Shown piece after piece: positions 1 to 8,518 of a stretch of DNA of 64,000 bases. Position numbers and translations under genes: made by a program. This stretch comes from a virus, in IMG/VR virus record IMGVR_UViG_3300025096_002738, positions 1-64,000 of that record; one strand, written 5' to 3'. Under the pieces are notes generated by a model that worked only from the letters and a program-made list of their open reading frames with translations, had not been told where the DNA came from and did no database searches. Every line of letters starts with the position of its first letter. Position 1 is the stretch's first letter.

Positions 1-25
1 ACATTCAATCAAGGAAAAACCCTAC

Positions 26-250
26 ATGGCCCGAAACCTCGACACCGTACTCACCTGGGATCAAGCGGTCGCAGACTTCACAGACAATATCATGCCCTAT
101 GTGCGCGAGCAATATGAACAGGACGGCATCGCCGACTGGCCAGCCCGCCGGGAGACATGGAACAACTGGACCGATTCGCTCTGCAAGGACGGTCAGATTT
201 CTGACTGGCAGTATGAGAATTGGTCGCAGCCCCCCATTTGCGGGGCTTGA
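26..250 (+). CDS. small hypothetical phage protein (Trp-rich)
   Basis: 74 aa ORF with AAGGA upstream; its TGA stop lies inside the first TTGACA box of the repeated promoter element. Confidence 0.75.
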   Translation: MARNLDTVLTWDQAVADFTDNIMPYVREQYEQDGIADWPARRETWNNWTDSLCKDGQISDWQYENWSQPPICGA

Positions 251-301
251 CATTCTCTTGACAACTTCGTGCTTGACTTCTGCTCATGCATGTGGGATAA
301 T
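247..301 (+). promoter_or_regulatory. repeated early promoter cassette, copy 1
   Basis: TTGACA 247, TTGACA 258, -35 TTGACT 273, 17 bp spacer, -10 GATAAT 296. Confidence 0.8.
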
Positions 302-328
302 ATAGCATATTCAAACGGGAGTACATTC

Positions 329-826
329 ATGAAAGTCCGCGCAGCCCTCAAGAAAGTCAAGAGCCATTTCAAGAAGCAGGGGATCAACATCCAGATCTGC
401 GCTCCTGCCCGGCATGGAGATTATAAGTGGTCCTTCGAGCACAACGGGTATGTTGGCTCCTTCTCGGTCAACGGCATGCACGGCTGGGACCCTGCTGCCC
501 TGGATGGCGAGGCTACGCTCTTTCACGTCCGCGCCGTTGGCGATATTAGCGATCCTTACACGGATTACCATGCTGGCTCGTTCCGTGACAACATCACGCA
601 GGTCTGCCGTAGCTTGCTGCCGAGCCCTCCAAAGTATCCGGCTGGAACCTTGGTGCGAGGTAAGGACACGAAGCGAGCAGTGCGCTGGGGCTTCGCCGCC
701 AAGGTGGGTCTCGTCATGAGCGCCGGCGATGGATACTGCAAGGTTGCCTGGACCGGCGATCGTCCCAATCAATGGGGTGATTGGCCTTCGGTCTCTGCCC
801 GCGATCTTGAGAACATCAGCAGTTGA
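329..826 (+). CDS. hypothetical protein with C-terminal SH3/KOW-like domain
   Basis: ATG 329 after GGGAG, downstream of the promoter; C-terminal YPAGTLVRG...VGLV...KVAW...LENIS pattern. Confidence 0.7.
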   Translation: MKVRAALKKVKSHFKKQGINIQICAPARHGDYKWSFEHNGYVGSFSVNGMHGWDPAALDGEATLFHVRAVGDISDPYTDYHAGSFRDNITQVCRSLLPSPPKYPAGTLVRGKDTKRAVRWGFAAKVGLVMSAGDGYCKVAWTGDRPNQWGDWPSVSARDLENISS

Positions 827-877
827 CATTCACTTGACAATTTGCCACTTGACTCTCACTCGCACAGGTGGTATAAT
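823..877 (+). promoter_or_regulatory. repeated early promoter cassette, copy 2
   Basis: TTGACA 823, TTGACA 834, -35 TTGACT 849, 17 bp spacer, -10 TATAAT 872. Confidence 0.85.
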
Positions 878-915
878 GATGCATCAAGTAAGAAGAAGTA
901 AGGAGAAAAAAGTCC

Positions 916-1758
916 ATGTCATTTAACGGAACCGTCCGCTGCGGCTATTGCTACGTCACCGGCCACAATGCTCGTAAGTGCCCCGCTAAGATTGCCCGCG
1001 TCAAGGAAAGCTATGAGCAAGCCCTTCGTCGCCTCGACCATGCCGAAACGTCGTGGGACAAAGAATACTGGGCCGACCAGACCAGCAGGAGGCGCGAAGA
1101 GTACATCAGGTACACGAAGATCGATCTTGCCACCGGCAATAAGGTCACGAACAAGGCGGCCAAAGCGCTCCGCATGAAGAAGGTCCGGTGCAGCTATTGC
1201 TTAACCCGTGGACACACGCGGCGAGTCTGTCAGAACCTGAAGAACGACTACACGATCTTTAAGACCCGCACGGCGGCAGCACGCAGCCGGTGGCATGCCA
1301 CGCTTGTAGAAAAGCAAGCTGGCCGGGGATCACTGGTCATCACCGGATCGTGGGGCTATGACTCCGCCGGGGAGTGGGGGTTCAGAAAAACGTCTTCCCT
1401 ACTCTCAGGCTACAGCGTGAAGAATGTCCATGCCCACACTAACTTTCAGGCGTGTGTCTCCCTTGAGACCGTACCCCTGTCGGGATTTCAGGGCCGCGAG
1501 GTGTACCGCTCAGAAAATTGGATGGCACTCGCCGCAGTGACAACAGCCCCTGGCGAGTCCTCCTCTCACATCGCGTTCTCGCCGGCGGGAACTGTCCCGG
1601 CTCTGGAGGACATCCCTGGCATCGATGAGGTGCCCCCGCTCAAGCAAGTTTTCCCTACCGGGTGCCAGCGCTCCGGCCACTACGCCGACGGACGCTTTAG
1701 CGAGACCTTCGGTTCTGGGCTTCCAACCGATGCTTACAGTGCCCCCGCCGGTACTTGA
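916..1758 (+). CDS. protein with two CCHC zinc knuckles
   Basis: CGYCYVTGHNARKC and CSYCLTRGHTRRVC (CX2CX4HX4C); AAGGAG RBS. Confidence 0.75.
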   Translation: MSFNGTVRCGYCYVTGHNARKCPAKIARVKESYEQALRRLDHAETSWDKEYWADQTSRRREEYIRYTKIDLATGNKVTNKAAKALRMKKVRCSYCLTRGHTRRVCQNLKNDYTIFKTRTAAARSRWHATLVEKQAGRGSLVITGSWGYDSAGEWGFRKTSSLLSGYSVKNVHAHTNFQACVSLETVPLSGFQGREVYRSENWMALAAVTTAPGESSSHIAFSPAGTVPALEDIPGIDEVPPLKQVFPTGCQRSGHYADGRFSETFGSGLPTDAYSAPAGT

Positions 1759-1809
1759 CATTCCCTTGACAATTTAGTTGTTGACTTTCCGCTCATCTTC
1801 ATCTATAAT
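1755..1809 (+). promoter_or_regulatory. repeated early promoter cassette, copy 3
   Basis: TTGACA 1755, TTGACA 1766, -35 TTGACT 1781, 17 bp spacer, -10 TATAAT 1804. Confidence 0.85.
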
Positions 1810-1857
1810 GTACTACATAAGATAGAGCAATACTTCCACTTCCCCTCGGAGAAAATC

Positions 1858-2940
1858 ATGGCTGTCGATTTCGCCACCTTCTTGTCCATCGCCCCGCTCA
1901 TCCTTGACAGCCGGCTGCCCGTGCTTATCCGCGGCGGACACGGCAAGGGCAAGTCTGAGATCGTCTACATGATCGCAGCCACTCGCGAGCTTCCTGTCGT
2001 CGAGCGCCGCGCGTCTCAGATGACTGAGGGCGATCTCTTGGGTCTCCCCGATACCGCTGAGACCAGCATCGCCGGCCGCAAGTCCACCACCTGGAACGCC
2101 CCAGATTGGCTTGTGACGGCTTGCGAGCAGCCGGTCCTGCTCTTCCTTGACGAAGTGGACCGCGCGACCGTAGAAGTCCGCCAAGGGCTCTTTGAGCTTA
2201 CGGATAGCCGGAAGATCAACGGCTGGCAGCTGCACCCTGACACCCTGATCATGGCTGCCGTCAACGGCGGCGAGCACGGTGCCCAGTACCAAGTGGGCGA
2301 AATGGACCCCGCGGAGCTTGATCGCTGGACCGTCTTCGATGTCGAGCCGACCGTGGAAGACTGGCTTGTCTGGGCTAAGGATAATGTTGACACGATTCTG
2401 TGGGACTTCATTAACCACAATCGGCAGCACTTGGAGCACGTTGGCGACTTCGAGCCTAACAAGGTCTACCCCTCCCGGCGTAGCTGGAAGCGCTTCAACG
2501 ACACTGTGGCGGCCGCAGGGGCCTATGAGCAGGATGCTGATCGCAACGTGCTCTTCCACCTTGCTACCGCGTTCGTTGGTTTTGAGGCCGCCGTCACCCT
2601 GAAGGACTTCGTTGAGAAGTACGAGTGGCAGGTCACGATTGAGGATATCCTGGACGCCGGCGATCTTTCCAAGGCTGCTAACTGGGGTATCAATGACCAC
2701 GCTGCCATGATCGAGAAGTTTCAGGCTGCTGAGACGTTCGGTGAGACCCTTACGCCGGCCCAGATTCACAATCTCGCTAACTACTTCGTCTCGATGCCCT
2801 CCGAGGTTGCGATGAAGCTGTGGACCGTTATCGGTGACACTGATAACATCGACAACGTGGTCGAGCTTCACAAGAGCACTGCGGCTAACGGCACGAAGGT
2901 CTCTGATCACCTCGTGGTTATCCTTGGCGGTGACATGTGA
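1858..2940 (+). CDS. MoxR-like AAA+ ATPase
   Basis: Walker A GGHGKGKS, Walker B LLFLDEVDR, sensor AAVN, MDPAELDRW, PSRRSW motif. Confidence 0.9.
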   Translation: MAVDFATFLSIAPLILDSRLPVLIRGGHGKGKSEIVYMIAATRELPVVERRASQMTEGDLLGLPDTAETSIAGRKSTTWNAPDWLVTACEQPVLLFLDEVDRATVEVRQGLFELTDSRKINGWQLHPDTLIMAAVNGGEHGAQYQVGEMDPAELDRWTVFDVEPTVEDWLVWAKDNVDTILWDFINHNRQHLEHVGDFEPNKVYPSRRSWKRFNDTVAAAGAYEQDADRNVLFHLATAFVGFEAAVTLKDFVEKYEWQVTIEDILDAGDLSKAANWGINDHAAMIEKFQAAETFGETLTPAQIHNLANYFVSMPSEVAMKLWTVIGDTDNIDNVVELHKSTAANGTKVSDHLVVILGGDM

Positions 2941-3149
2941 GCCGACGGTCCTTTGTCTCAAAGGTCAAGACCGGCGACGTGGTTCGCTGGCTTCAGAGCC
3001 ACTCAGACCCCACCGTCGGCATTGTGCTTAGCGTGCGAGAGGGTAGGACACCGACGGCCTACCCTCTTGTAGAGGTAAAGTGGACGTCTGGCGCTTATTG
3101 TCCTCCGCTCGTCATTGAGCCAGAGCTAGAGGTTATCAGTGCGGCGTAG
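2937..3149 (+). CDS. small SH3/KOW-like protein
   Basis: VKTGDVVRW...GIVL...VEVKW...LEVIS; GTGA overlap with the ATPase stop. Confidence 0.65.
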   Translation: MSRRSFVSKVKTGDVVRWLQSHSDPTVGIVLSVREGRTPTAYPLVEVKWTSGAYCPPLVIEPELEVISAA

Positions 3150-3408
3150 AAGACGTTCGTTAAAATTGGAGAACGATCTGGTGGCCACGAGGGATGTTAG
3201 AGTAGGCGACCTGTTGGTAAGGTATAGCGATGGCACCCCTGCGGTTGTCCTGGAGGTTGCTAAAGATCTTGGCCGTCCTCACTTCCAGGTCCGCCCCAGC
3301 GAGGACGTCCCGCCCAGGAAACAATACCGCCTCTGGACGGAGGGCAGCGACGTCTGGATTAAGGAATTCTCTCTGAACGCCCAGTATTACCGGGCCTGCG
3401 ACCCTTGA
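3139..3408 (+). CDS. small SH3/KOW-like protein
   Basis: VRVGDLLVR...AVVLEV; stop falls in the promoter repeat. Confidence 0.6.
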   Translation: MRRRRRSLKLENDLVATRDVRVGDLLVRYSDGTPAVVLEVAKDLGRPHFQVRPSEDVPPRKQYRLWTEGSDVWIKEFSLNAQYYRACDP

Positions 3409-3460
3409 CATTCCCTTGACAATTTGGTTGTTGACAAGCCCCTTCCGCCTATGGTATACT
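3405..3460 (+). promoter_or_regulatory. repeated early promoter cassette, copy 4
   Basis: TTGACA 3405, TTGACA 3416, -35 TTGACA 3431, 18 bp spacer, extended -10 TGgTATACT (3455). Confidence 0.8.
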
Positions 3461-3484
3461 ACGTATATAAGGATCGAGAACTAA

Positions 3485-4750
3485 ATGAGCACTTCTGATA
3501 ACAGTCCCCCGCCCTTTGACCTCAACATGCACGCAGCGCGTCTGCTGATGCGTGAGTCCTTCTTTGCCGCGCTCTCGCGCCGCATCGACAAGACTCCGAC
3601 CGATCAGATCCCGACGGCTGGCGTCCGCGTCAATCCTGCCACTGGCTGGTTTGAGCTTATGTACAATCCTGAGTTCATGGGCTCGCTCGACGATGAGCAC
3701 AAGCTGGGCGTGCTCATGCACGAATTCTACCACTGCGTTCTGGAGCACGTCACGGGCCGCAAGCCTGCGGATGGTCTCCAGCGCATTGATAACATCGCGA
3801 TGGACCTTGCGATTAACGGTCTCCCGGAGATGCGGAACAAGCTCCCGGATGAGAACAATCCCGGTCCCATGATGCCAAGCGGCGAGCCCATGAAGGCGGT
3901 TGTGCCCGGCCAGGGGCCGTTCGCAGAGCTTCCCGCTAACATGAGCTACGAGTGGTATCTGGAGGCGCTCAAGCGCATGGGCGAGGACCAGGAGGAAGGC
4001 GAGGGTCAAGGTCAACCCGGAGAGGGCGATGGCGATGGTCAGGCCGATCCCTTTGGCGGCGCTGACAGCTTTGATAGCCATGAGGGCTTCGGAGAGGCCC
4101 AGGGAGCCGTCTCCGAGATTGCCAAGGAGCGACTCCGGGATACCATCAAGAAAGCCGCCCAGGAGGCCGAGCAGGCCCGCAACTGGGGCTCTGTGTCCTC
4201 CTCCATGCGCCAGGACATCCTGGAGCGCATCCAGAGCCGAGTGGACTGGCGCAAGGTGCTGCGTTACTTTGTCAAGACTTCCCAGCGGGCCGAGGCCCGC
4301 TCTACTCCGCGGCGGATCAATCGTCGTTTCCCCCGTATCCACCCTGGCAAGCGCGTGCGGCGCCATGCGCGGATTGCGATCAGCATTGATCAGTCCGGTT
4401 CGGTTGATGATCGTATGCTCACCGCGTTCTTCTCGGAGCTTAACAAGCTTGCAGAGATTGCAGAGTTTACCGTCATTCCTTTCGACACTGAGGTTGCCGT
4501 GGACAAGGTCTACACCTGGAAGAAGGGATCGGCCCGGAAGACGGAGCGCGTTATGTGCGGCGGCACGGATTTTGATGCTCCGACCAAGTACGTCAATAAG
4601 GAGAACTTCGATGGACATATCATTCTAACTGATATGATGGCTCCTAAGCCCATTTCCAGCAAGTGTCAGCGCATGTGGATGACCACTCGCGCATGCATGC
4701 AGCGCCCATATTTCAGTACGAATGAGCGCGTTATCGCGATTGATGTATAG
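3485..4750 (+). CDS. metallopeptidase plus vWA domain protein (DUF2201-like), MoxR partner
   Basis: HEFYH zincin motif, NIAMDLAIN, acidic Gly-rich linker, MIDAS IDQSGS, GGTDF, LTD. Confidence 0.88.
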   Translation: MSTSDNSPPPFDLNMHAARLLMRESFFAALSRRIDKTPTDQIPTAGVRVNPATGWFELMYNPEFMGSLDDEHKLGVLMHEFYHCVLEHVTGRKPADGLQRIDNIAMDLAINGLPEMRNKLPDENNPGPMMPSGEPMKAVVPGQGPFAELPANMSYEWYLEALKRMGEDQEEGEGQGQPGEGDGDGQADPFGGADSFDSHEGFGEAQGAVSEIAKERLRDTIKKAAQEAEQARNWGSVSSSMRQDILERIQSRVDWRKVLRYFVKTSQRAEARSTPRRINRRFPRIHPGKRVRRHARIAISIDQSGSVDDRMLTAFFSELNKLAEIAEFTVIPFDTEVAVDKVYTWKKGSARKTERVMCGGTDFDAPTKYVNKENFDGHIILTDMMAPKPISSKCQRMWMTTRACMQRPYFSTNERVIAIDV

Positions 4751-5019
4751 TGCGCGGCGGCCGTCCATATGCTCGGGTCAAGACAGTCTTTAAGGCAGGC
4801 GATCTTGTCCAAGTAGTAGGCACTCACCAGGAAGACATGCCCAGCGCGAGAATAGGAATCATCACCGAGAAGGTTTTGAGTTTTCACCCGCATGAAGGAG
4901 GCTCCTTCTGGCTCGTGCTCTTCACGAACGGTATCACCATTCGGATCTGGGAAGGTCATCTAATGCATGTCGTCGGCACCACCTCCACTCTTGACACTCC
5001 CTTGACAAGTTCTACTTGA
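4750..5019 (+). CDS. small SH3/KOW-like protein
   Basis: FKAGDLVQV...IGIITE...WLVLF. Confidence 0.6.
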   Translation: MRGGRPYARVKTVFKAGDLVQVVGTHQEDMPSARIGIITEKVLSFHPHEGGSFWLVLFTNGITIRIWEGHLMHVVGTTSTLDTPLTSST

Positions 5020-5044
5020 CTTTAGCCCCAGCCTCCTGTATAAT
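4991..5044 (+). promoter_or_regulatory. repeated early promoter cassette, copy 5
   Basis: TTGACA 4991, TTGACA 5002, -35 TTGACT 5016, 17 bp spacer, -10 TATAAT 5039. Confidence 0.85.
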
Positions 5045-5076
5045 GTATCAGTACCGTCGAGAAAGGAACACATAAC

Positions 5077-5940
5077 ATGGCTCGCACTTCTTGGAAACTC
5101 GCCTTCCCCACTCTCCTCGCCCACAAGGGGCTGTCTTCGCGTGATCGCAAGGTCATCGAGGACATGAAGCGCGGCTATGGCCACAGGGGCGCCTCGTACA
5201 TGACTCCTGGCCGCCGGCGCTACTTTAAGCAGATCCAGGAGCGCTCTCAGGGCGCCCTGGAGGCCATGGCAGCGCGGGAGGCCTCTGGGCCCACGGAGTT
5301 GGATACACGGCTCTCACGGCTCGCTGAGCGCGTCACAGCCGGCTCTTGGGCCCATGGCTTCGTGGAGTCCCTCCAGGAGCAGGTAGCCTACCGCGGGCCG
5401 CGTCTCTCAGACGGTCAGATGCGGACCCTTGAGAAGATCGAGGCAGAACATTCTGACGAAGCCATGGAGCGCATCGCTGGCTTTGTGGAGCGTTGGAAGA
5501 ACGACACCGACAAGACGCGGACCAATTTTCACAGAGTGATCGACTACTATCGCGCCGAGGCCATGTACTGGCGTAAGACCGTCCACGCCGTCGATGATGC
5601 CGCGGCTGCCGGTAAAGAGTACATCCCGGACCTGGAGACCTGGAAGAGGGTAGTGCAGAATAAGTACGCTCAGAAGGTGATTGCAGGCTATGAGCAGCCT
5701 CCGCTCTACCCGGTGGGTTCGATGGTCTCCCAGCGTGCTGGGGGTTTCGTGCGAAATCCCTACCAGCGACCCTCTCGCTCTGCGGTTAAGCTTGTGCCGC
5801 TGATCATTATCAGCACTGACGAGACTATCGTGTCCGCCGCCAAGGGTAACAAGCGCTACAAGGTGCTGCCCGTCGGCAGTGCAACCACCACTGTTTGCGA
5901 AGAGCGCGACATCAAGCGCTACCGTCCGAGCAAGAAGTAA
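5077..5940 (+). CDS. hypothetical protein with C-terminal SH3-like domain
   Basis: 287 aa, AAGGA RBS; FVESLQEQ...LSDGQ helical motif; C-terminal YPVGSMV...YKVLPVG...ERDIK. Confidence 0.75.
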   Translation: MARTSWKLAFPTLLAHKGLSSRDRKVIEDMKRGYGHRGASYMTPGRRRYFKQIQERSQGALEAMAAREASGPTELDTRLSRLAERVTAGSWAHGFVESLQEQVAYRGPRLSDGQMRTLEKIEAEHSDEAMERIAGFVERWKNDTDKTRTNFHRVIDYYRAEAMYWRKTVHAVDDAAAAGKEYIPDLETWKRVVQNKYAQKVIAGYEQPPLYPVGSMVSQRAGGFVRNPYQRPSRSAVKLVPLIIISTDETIVSAAKGNKRYKVLPVGSATTTVCEERDIKRYRPSKK

Positions 5941-5979
5941 AACACACCCCCCGTATCTCATAAGGAGAGAAACAGCAGA

Positions 5980-6249
5980 ATGAACACGAACGATCAACCC
6001 ATCGAAACCCTTGTGCGCGAGCTTATTGAGAGCGTGAACAGGGCAGCCTACTCGGAGTCCGTGGAGGGCATGCGTGAAGGCCTTCGGGCTGCCGTAGAAG
6101 CCTTTGAGAGCGCCCGACGGGTGCATACCACGGCGGGACGCTGGGAAGCGCTCCAGGGGCGCGTGGAGACCCTCCACGAAGACCCTCCGTCAGCCACAGT
6201 CGACCCCTTCGACCCTTATACTTTCAATGGCCCGGAGAGCCGACGATGA
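5980..6249 (+). CDS. hypothetical protein
   Basis: AAGGAG RBS; ATGA overlap with next gene. Confidence 0.7.
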   Translation: MNTNDQPIETLVRELIESVNRAAYSESVEGMREGLRAAVEAFESARRVHTTAGRWEALQGRVETLHEDPPSATVDPFDPYTFNGPESRR

Positions 6250-6551
6250 ATAGACAGAATAATAGGGAAGTCCTGCTTCAATGGATTCAAGGCAGAGCCC
6301 CGTGCCACAATCATCGAGGATCGTTGCGAGCCGATGCCTTCGGAGGATTATGGTCCTACAACCTGAAGATTGGTCAGCGCACCGATTCCCAACGGCTTGT
6401 GATTGCTGATTACACGGCTACAAGTGGGGAGTTTCGTTCTCAGACCACATCGACGCACGTTAATCTTGCTCGTCAGTATGCTGATGACGTGATGCACCCG
6501 CGCGTCTGGATGACGACACCCCTCTCAGTGGATCAAGAGATCCCGTTTTAG
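6246..6551 (+). CDS. hypothetical phage protein
   Basis: 101 aa; LWSYNLKIG...SQTTSTHVN motif of small phage early proteins. Confidence 0.7.
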   Translation: MNRQNNREVLLQWIQGRAPCHNHRGSLRADAFGGLWSYNLKIGQRTDSQRLVIADYTATSGEFRSQTTSTHVNLARQYADDVMHPRVWMTTPLSVDQEIPF

Positions 6552-6610
6552 TCAAAAGGATGTCAAATCGGGGCACTTTGGCTTGACAAACCGCCCCAGA
6601 CGGTTACATT
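6551..6610 (+). promoter_or_regulatory. promoter with INVERTED copy of the double box
   Basis: GTCAAAAGGATGTCAA 6551-6566 (reverse complement TTGACA-N5-TTGAC), then TTGACA 6583 and TACATT 6605 (16 bp spacer). Confidence 0.6.
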
Positions 6611-6636
6611 ACATAAGCGAAAAGGAGATAGATCGC

Positions 6637-6963
6637 ATGGCAAAGAAGTACGACAACTGGTATGTTAGCAAAGTGGACGTGACCCGGAGCAATGAGGGGC
6701 GCCTACAGGCGCTTGAACGCCCTCTAACACGTCCTGAAGGCTCCAAGAGCCTCACCGAGGGTAAGAGGCTGGCCCGCGTCTCTCTCGCCCGCATGAAGGC
6801 GATGGGGCTGGAGAACCTCGTCCTGTGCAAGCCGGATCACAAGCGGTATTCTCGCCTTCTGCGCGAGTCAAACAAGCGCAATAAGGCCAAGCGCATGACG
6901 AAGGCTGATATTGCTGCGATCATGGCTGACGGTGTAACTGAAGAGAAGAAGGGCGAGGTCTGA
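6637..6963 (+). CDS. basic hypothetical protein
   Basis: ATG 6637 after AAGGAG; Lys/Arg-rich. Confidence 0.7.
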   Translation: MAKKYDNWYVSKVDVTRSNEGRLQALERPLTRPEGSKSLTEGKRLARVSLARMKAMGLENLVLCKPDHKRYSRLLRESNKRNKAKRMTKADIAAIMADGVTEEKKGEV

Positions 6964-7069
6964 AAATGAGAAACTTGAACAAGTATGGGGCTGTTTTTCT
7001 CCTCGCTGACATTGTTTGCTGGGGGAGCCTCATCTTTTACGCCTGTCACTATATGCGGTGTCCACTGTC

Positions 7070-7564
7070 ATGACAACACAGAACGCCGAACCCATCCGTG
7101 TCGTATTTTTGCATGGTTACGAATCCAGCCCGAAGGGTCAGAAAGTACGACATCTGAAGAACGCCGGCCTGGACGTTATTGCGCCATGGCTTGACCGCGA
7201 TAGTTGGGACCACTCCGTCACGGCTGCCCGACATACCATTTCTGTATACAATCCTGATGTTATCATCGGCTCCTCTCGTGGGGCCGCGGTAGCCATGGCC
7301 ACAAACACACGGCTGCCTACGGTGCTGATCGCCCCAGCATGGCGAACATGGTGTCCATGGGCAACTCCCCGCGGTGACACTATCATTCTTCATTCATGGA
7401 GCGACACCGTGATCCCCTACGCAGATAGCGAAATGCTGTCGCGAGAGAGCGGCAGCATGCTCATTGAATGTGGTATCAACCATCGCATGAACGACGAAGA
7501 GGCGCTGCGTCTGATGCTTAATGCTGTTAAAATGCAACATGCTAAGCGCCAAGGGGATGTTTGA
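7070..7564 (+). CDS. alpha/beta hydrolase (YqiA/UPF0227-like)
   Basis: FLHGYES, nucleophile elbow GSSRG, LIAPA, LHSWSDTVIP, C-terminal His (NHRM). Confidence 0.85.
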   Translation: MTTQNAEPIRVVFLHGYESSPKGQKVRHLKNAGLDVIAPWLDRDSWDHSVTAARHTISVYNPDVIIGSSRGAAVAMATNTRLPTVLIAPAWRTWCPWATPRGDTIILHSWSDTVIPYADSEMLSRESGSMLIECGINHRMNDEEALRLMLNAVKMQHAKRQGDV

Positions 7565-7573
7565 AAGCAAGTT

Positions 7574-7990
7574 ATGACGTTTAACGAAGGTTTTGATCGT
7601 GTCGCTGCTTGGCTTGCTATGCGCAACTATGAAGTGTGCTTGGGCCCCGATATGCCTGACGCTGCCTCCTTCGAGGAGGAACGTGTATATATTAACTCTC
7701 GCCAGCATAGCGAGAACCGCCTTTATACTTTGTTGCATGAAGCCGGCCATGTTCTTGTCAATGAAGCCCGCGATGGGGATCGACTATACGAGTTGAGTTA
7801 TCAAACACACCAGGAAGCTCGACATCGCCCCGCAAAGAATAAGCGGGTCGCAGTACTGAGCGAAGAGTTTGAGGCCTGGAGACGCGGTGAACTACTGGCG
7901 GAATACTTGGGAATCGAGATTAATCCAGTCAAGTATGATCACGAACGAACCAAGGCACTCATGAGCTATATTGACTGGGCGAGCAGTTAA
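7574..7990 (+). CDS. ImmA/IrrE-like zinc metallopeptidase
   Basis: YTLLHEAGH followed by EEFEAW. Confidence 0.7.
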   Translation: MTFNEGFDRVAAWLAMRNYEVCLGPDMPDAASFEEERVYINSRQHSENRLYTLLHEAGHVLVNEARDGDRLYELSYQTHQEARHRPAKNKRVAVLSEEFEAWRRGELLAEYLGIEINPVKYDHERTKALMSYIDWASS

Positions 7991-7993
7991 ATG

Positions 7994-8022
7994 TTGACAG
8001 TCGAGACAAAAGATGGTATTAT
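7994..8022 (+). promoter_or_regulatory. sigma70-type promoter
   Basis: TTGACA 7994, 17 bp spacer, TGgTATTAT (8017). Confidence 0.7.
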
Positions 8023-8029
8023 GAATTCA

Positions 8030-8281
8030 ATGGCAAAGAATAACATTAAAGTAGGCGACTTAGTTCGCTGGAGGGACACCAGCGCTTGGGGCGTTGTATT
8101 ACAGTTGTCATCAACAGGGCAGCATACGATGTCAGCTTTAGTGCATTGGAATCGCCTGAAGCTCTGGCGCATGCTGGATCCGACGGCGACTCGCTGGGAA
8201 GATACGCGCAATCTTGTGCTTATCAGTGCATGCGATATGAATACTGCCCCGCCAAGGAGAACGAAGAATGAGCAAGAATAA
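8030..8281 (+). CDS. small SH3/KOW-like protein
   Basis: IKVGDLVRW...GVVLQ...VHW...LVLIS; start taken at the ATG just after the -10 box. Confidence 0.6.
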   Translation: MAKNNIKVGDLVRWRDTSAWGVVLQLSSTGQHTMSALVHWNRLKLWRMLDPTATRWEDTRNLVLISACDMNTAPPRRTKNEQE

Positions 8282-8495
8282 GAAAGAAGAAGTACATCAC
8301 ATTGAGGAAGATCTTGATTGCGATGTAACCGAAGAGATTGAACAGGCTTTATGGCAGATTAAGGAAGACATGGATCTGGAGACTGAAGAAGTAGAAATGG
8401 CAGTGGACAGTAGAAAGCCTGTCGACTGGAGAACGAGACTTATCCAGAGCGTGAGAGAAGAACAAGAGCCCCAGAACAATAAGAATAGATCTTAA
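8268..8495 (+). CDS. small acidic hypothetical protein
   Basis: AAGGAG RBS; Glu/Asp-rich 75 aa. Confidence 0.6.
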   Translation: MSKNKKEEVHHIEEDLDCDVTEEIEQALWQIKEDMDLETEEVEMAVDSRKPVDWRTRLIQSVREEQEPQNNKNRS

Positions 8496-8518
8496 CTTAT
8501 CCATTGGAGGATATAAAA

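Noticed and set aside
1813-2961. 382 aa minus-strand ORF
   Set aside because: Antisense shadow of the MoxR ATPase; expected from GC-rich codon bias; no motifs or RBS.
3449-4618. 389 aa minus-strand ORF
   Set aside because: Antisense shadow of the vWA/metallopeptidase gene.
5407-6177. 256 aa minus-strand ORF
   Set aside because: Overlaps two well-supported plus-strand genes; no recognisable features.
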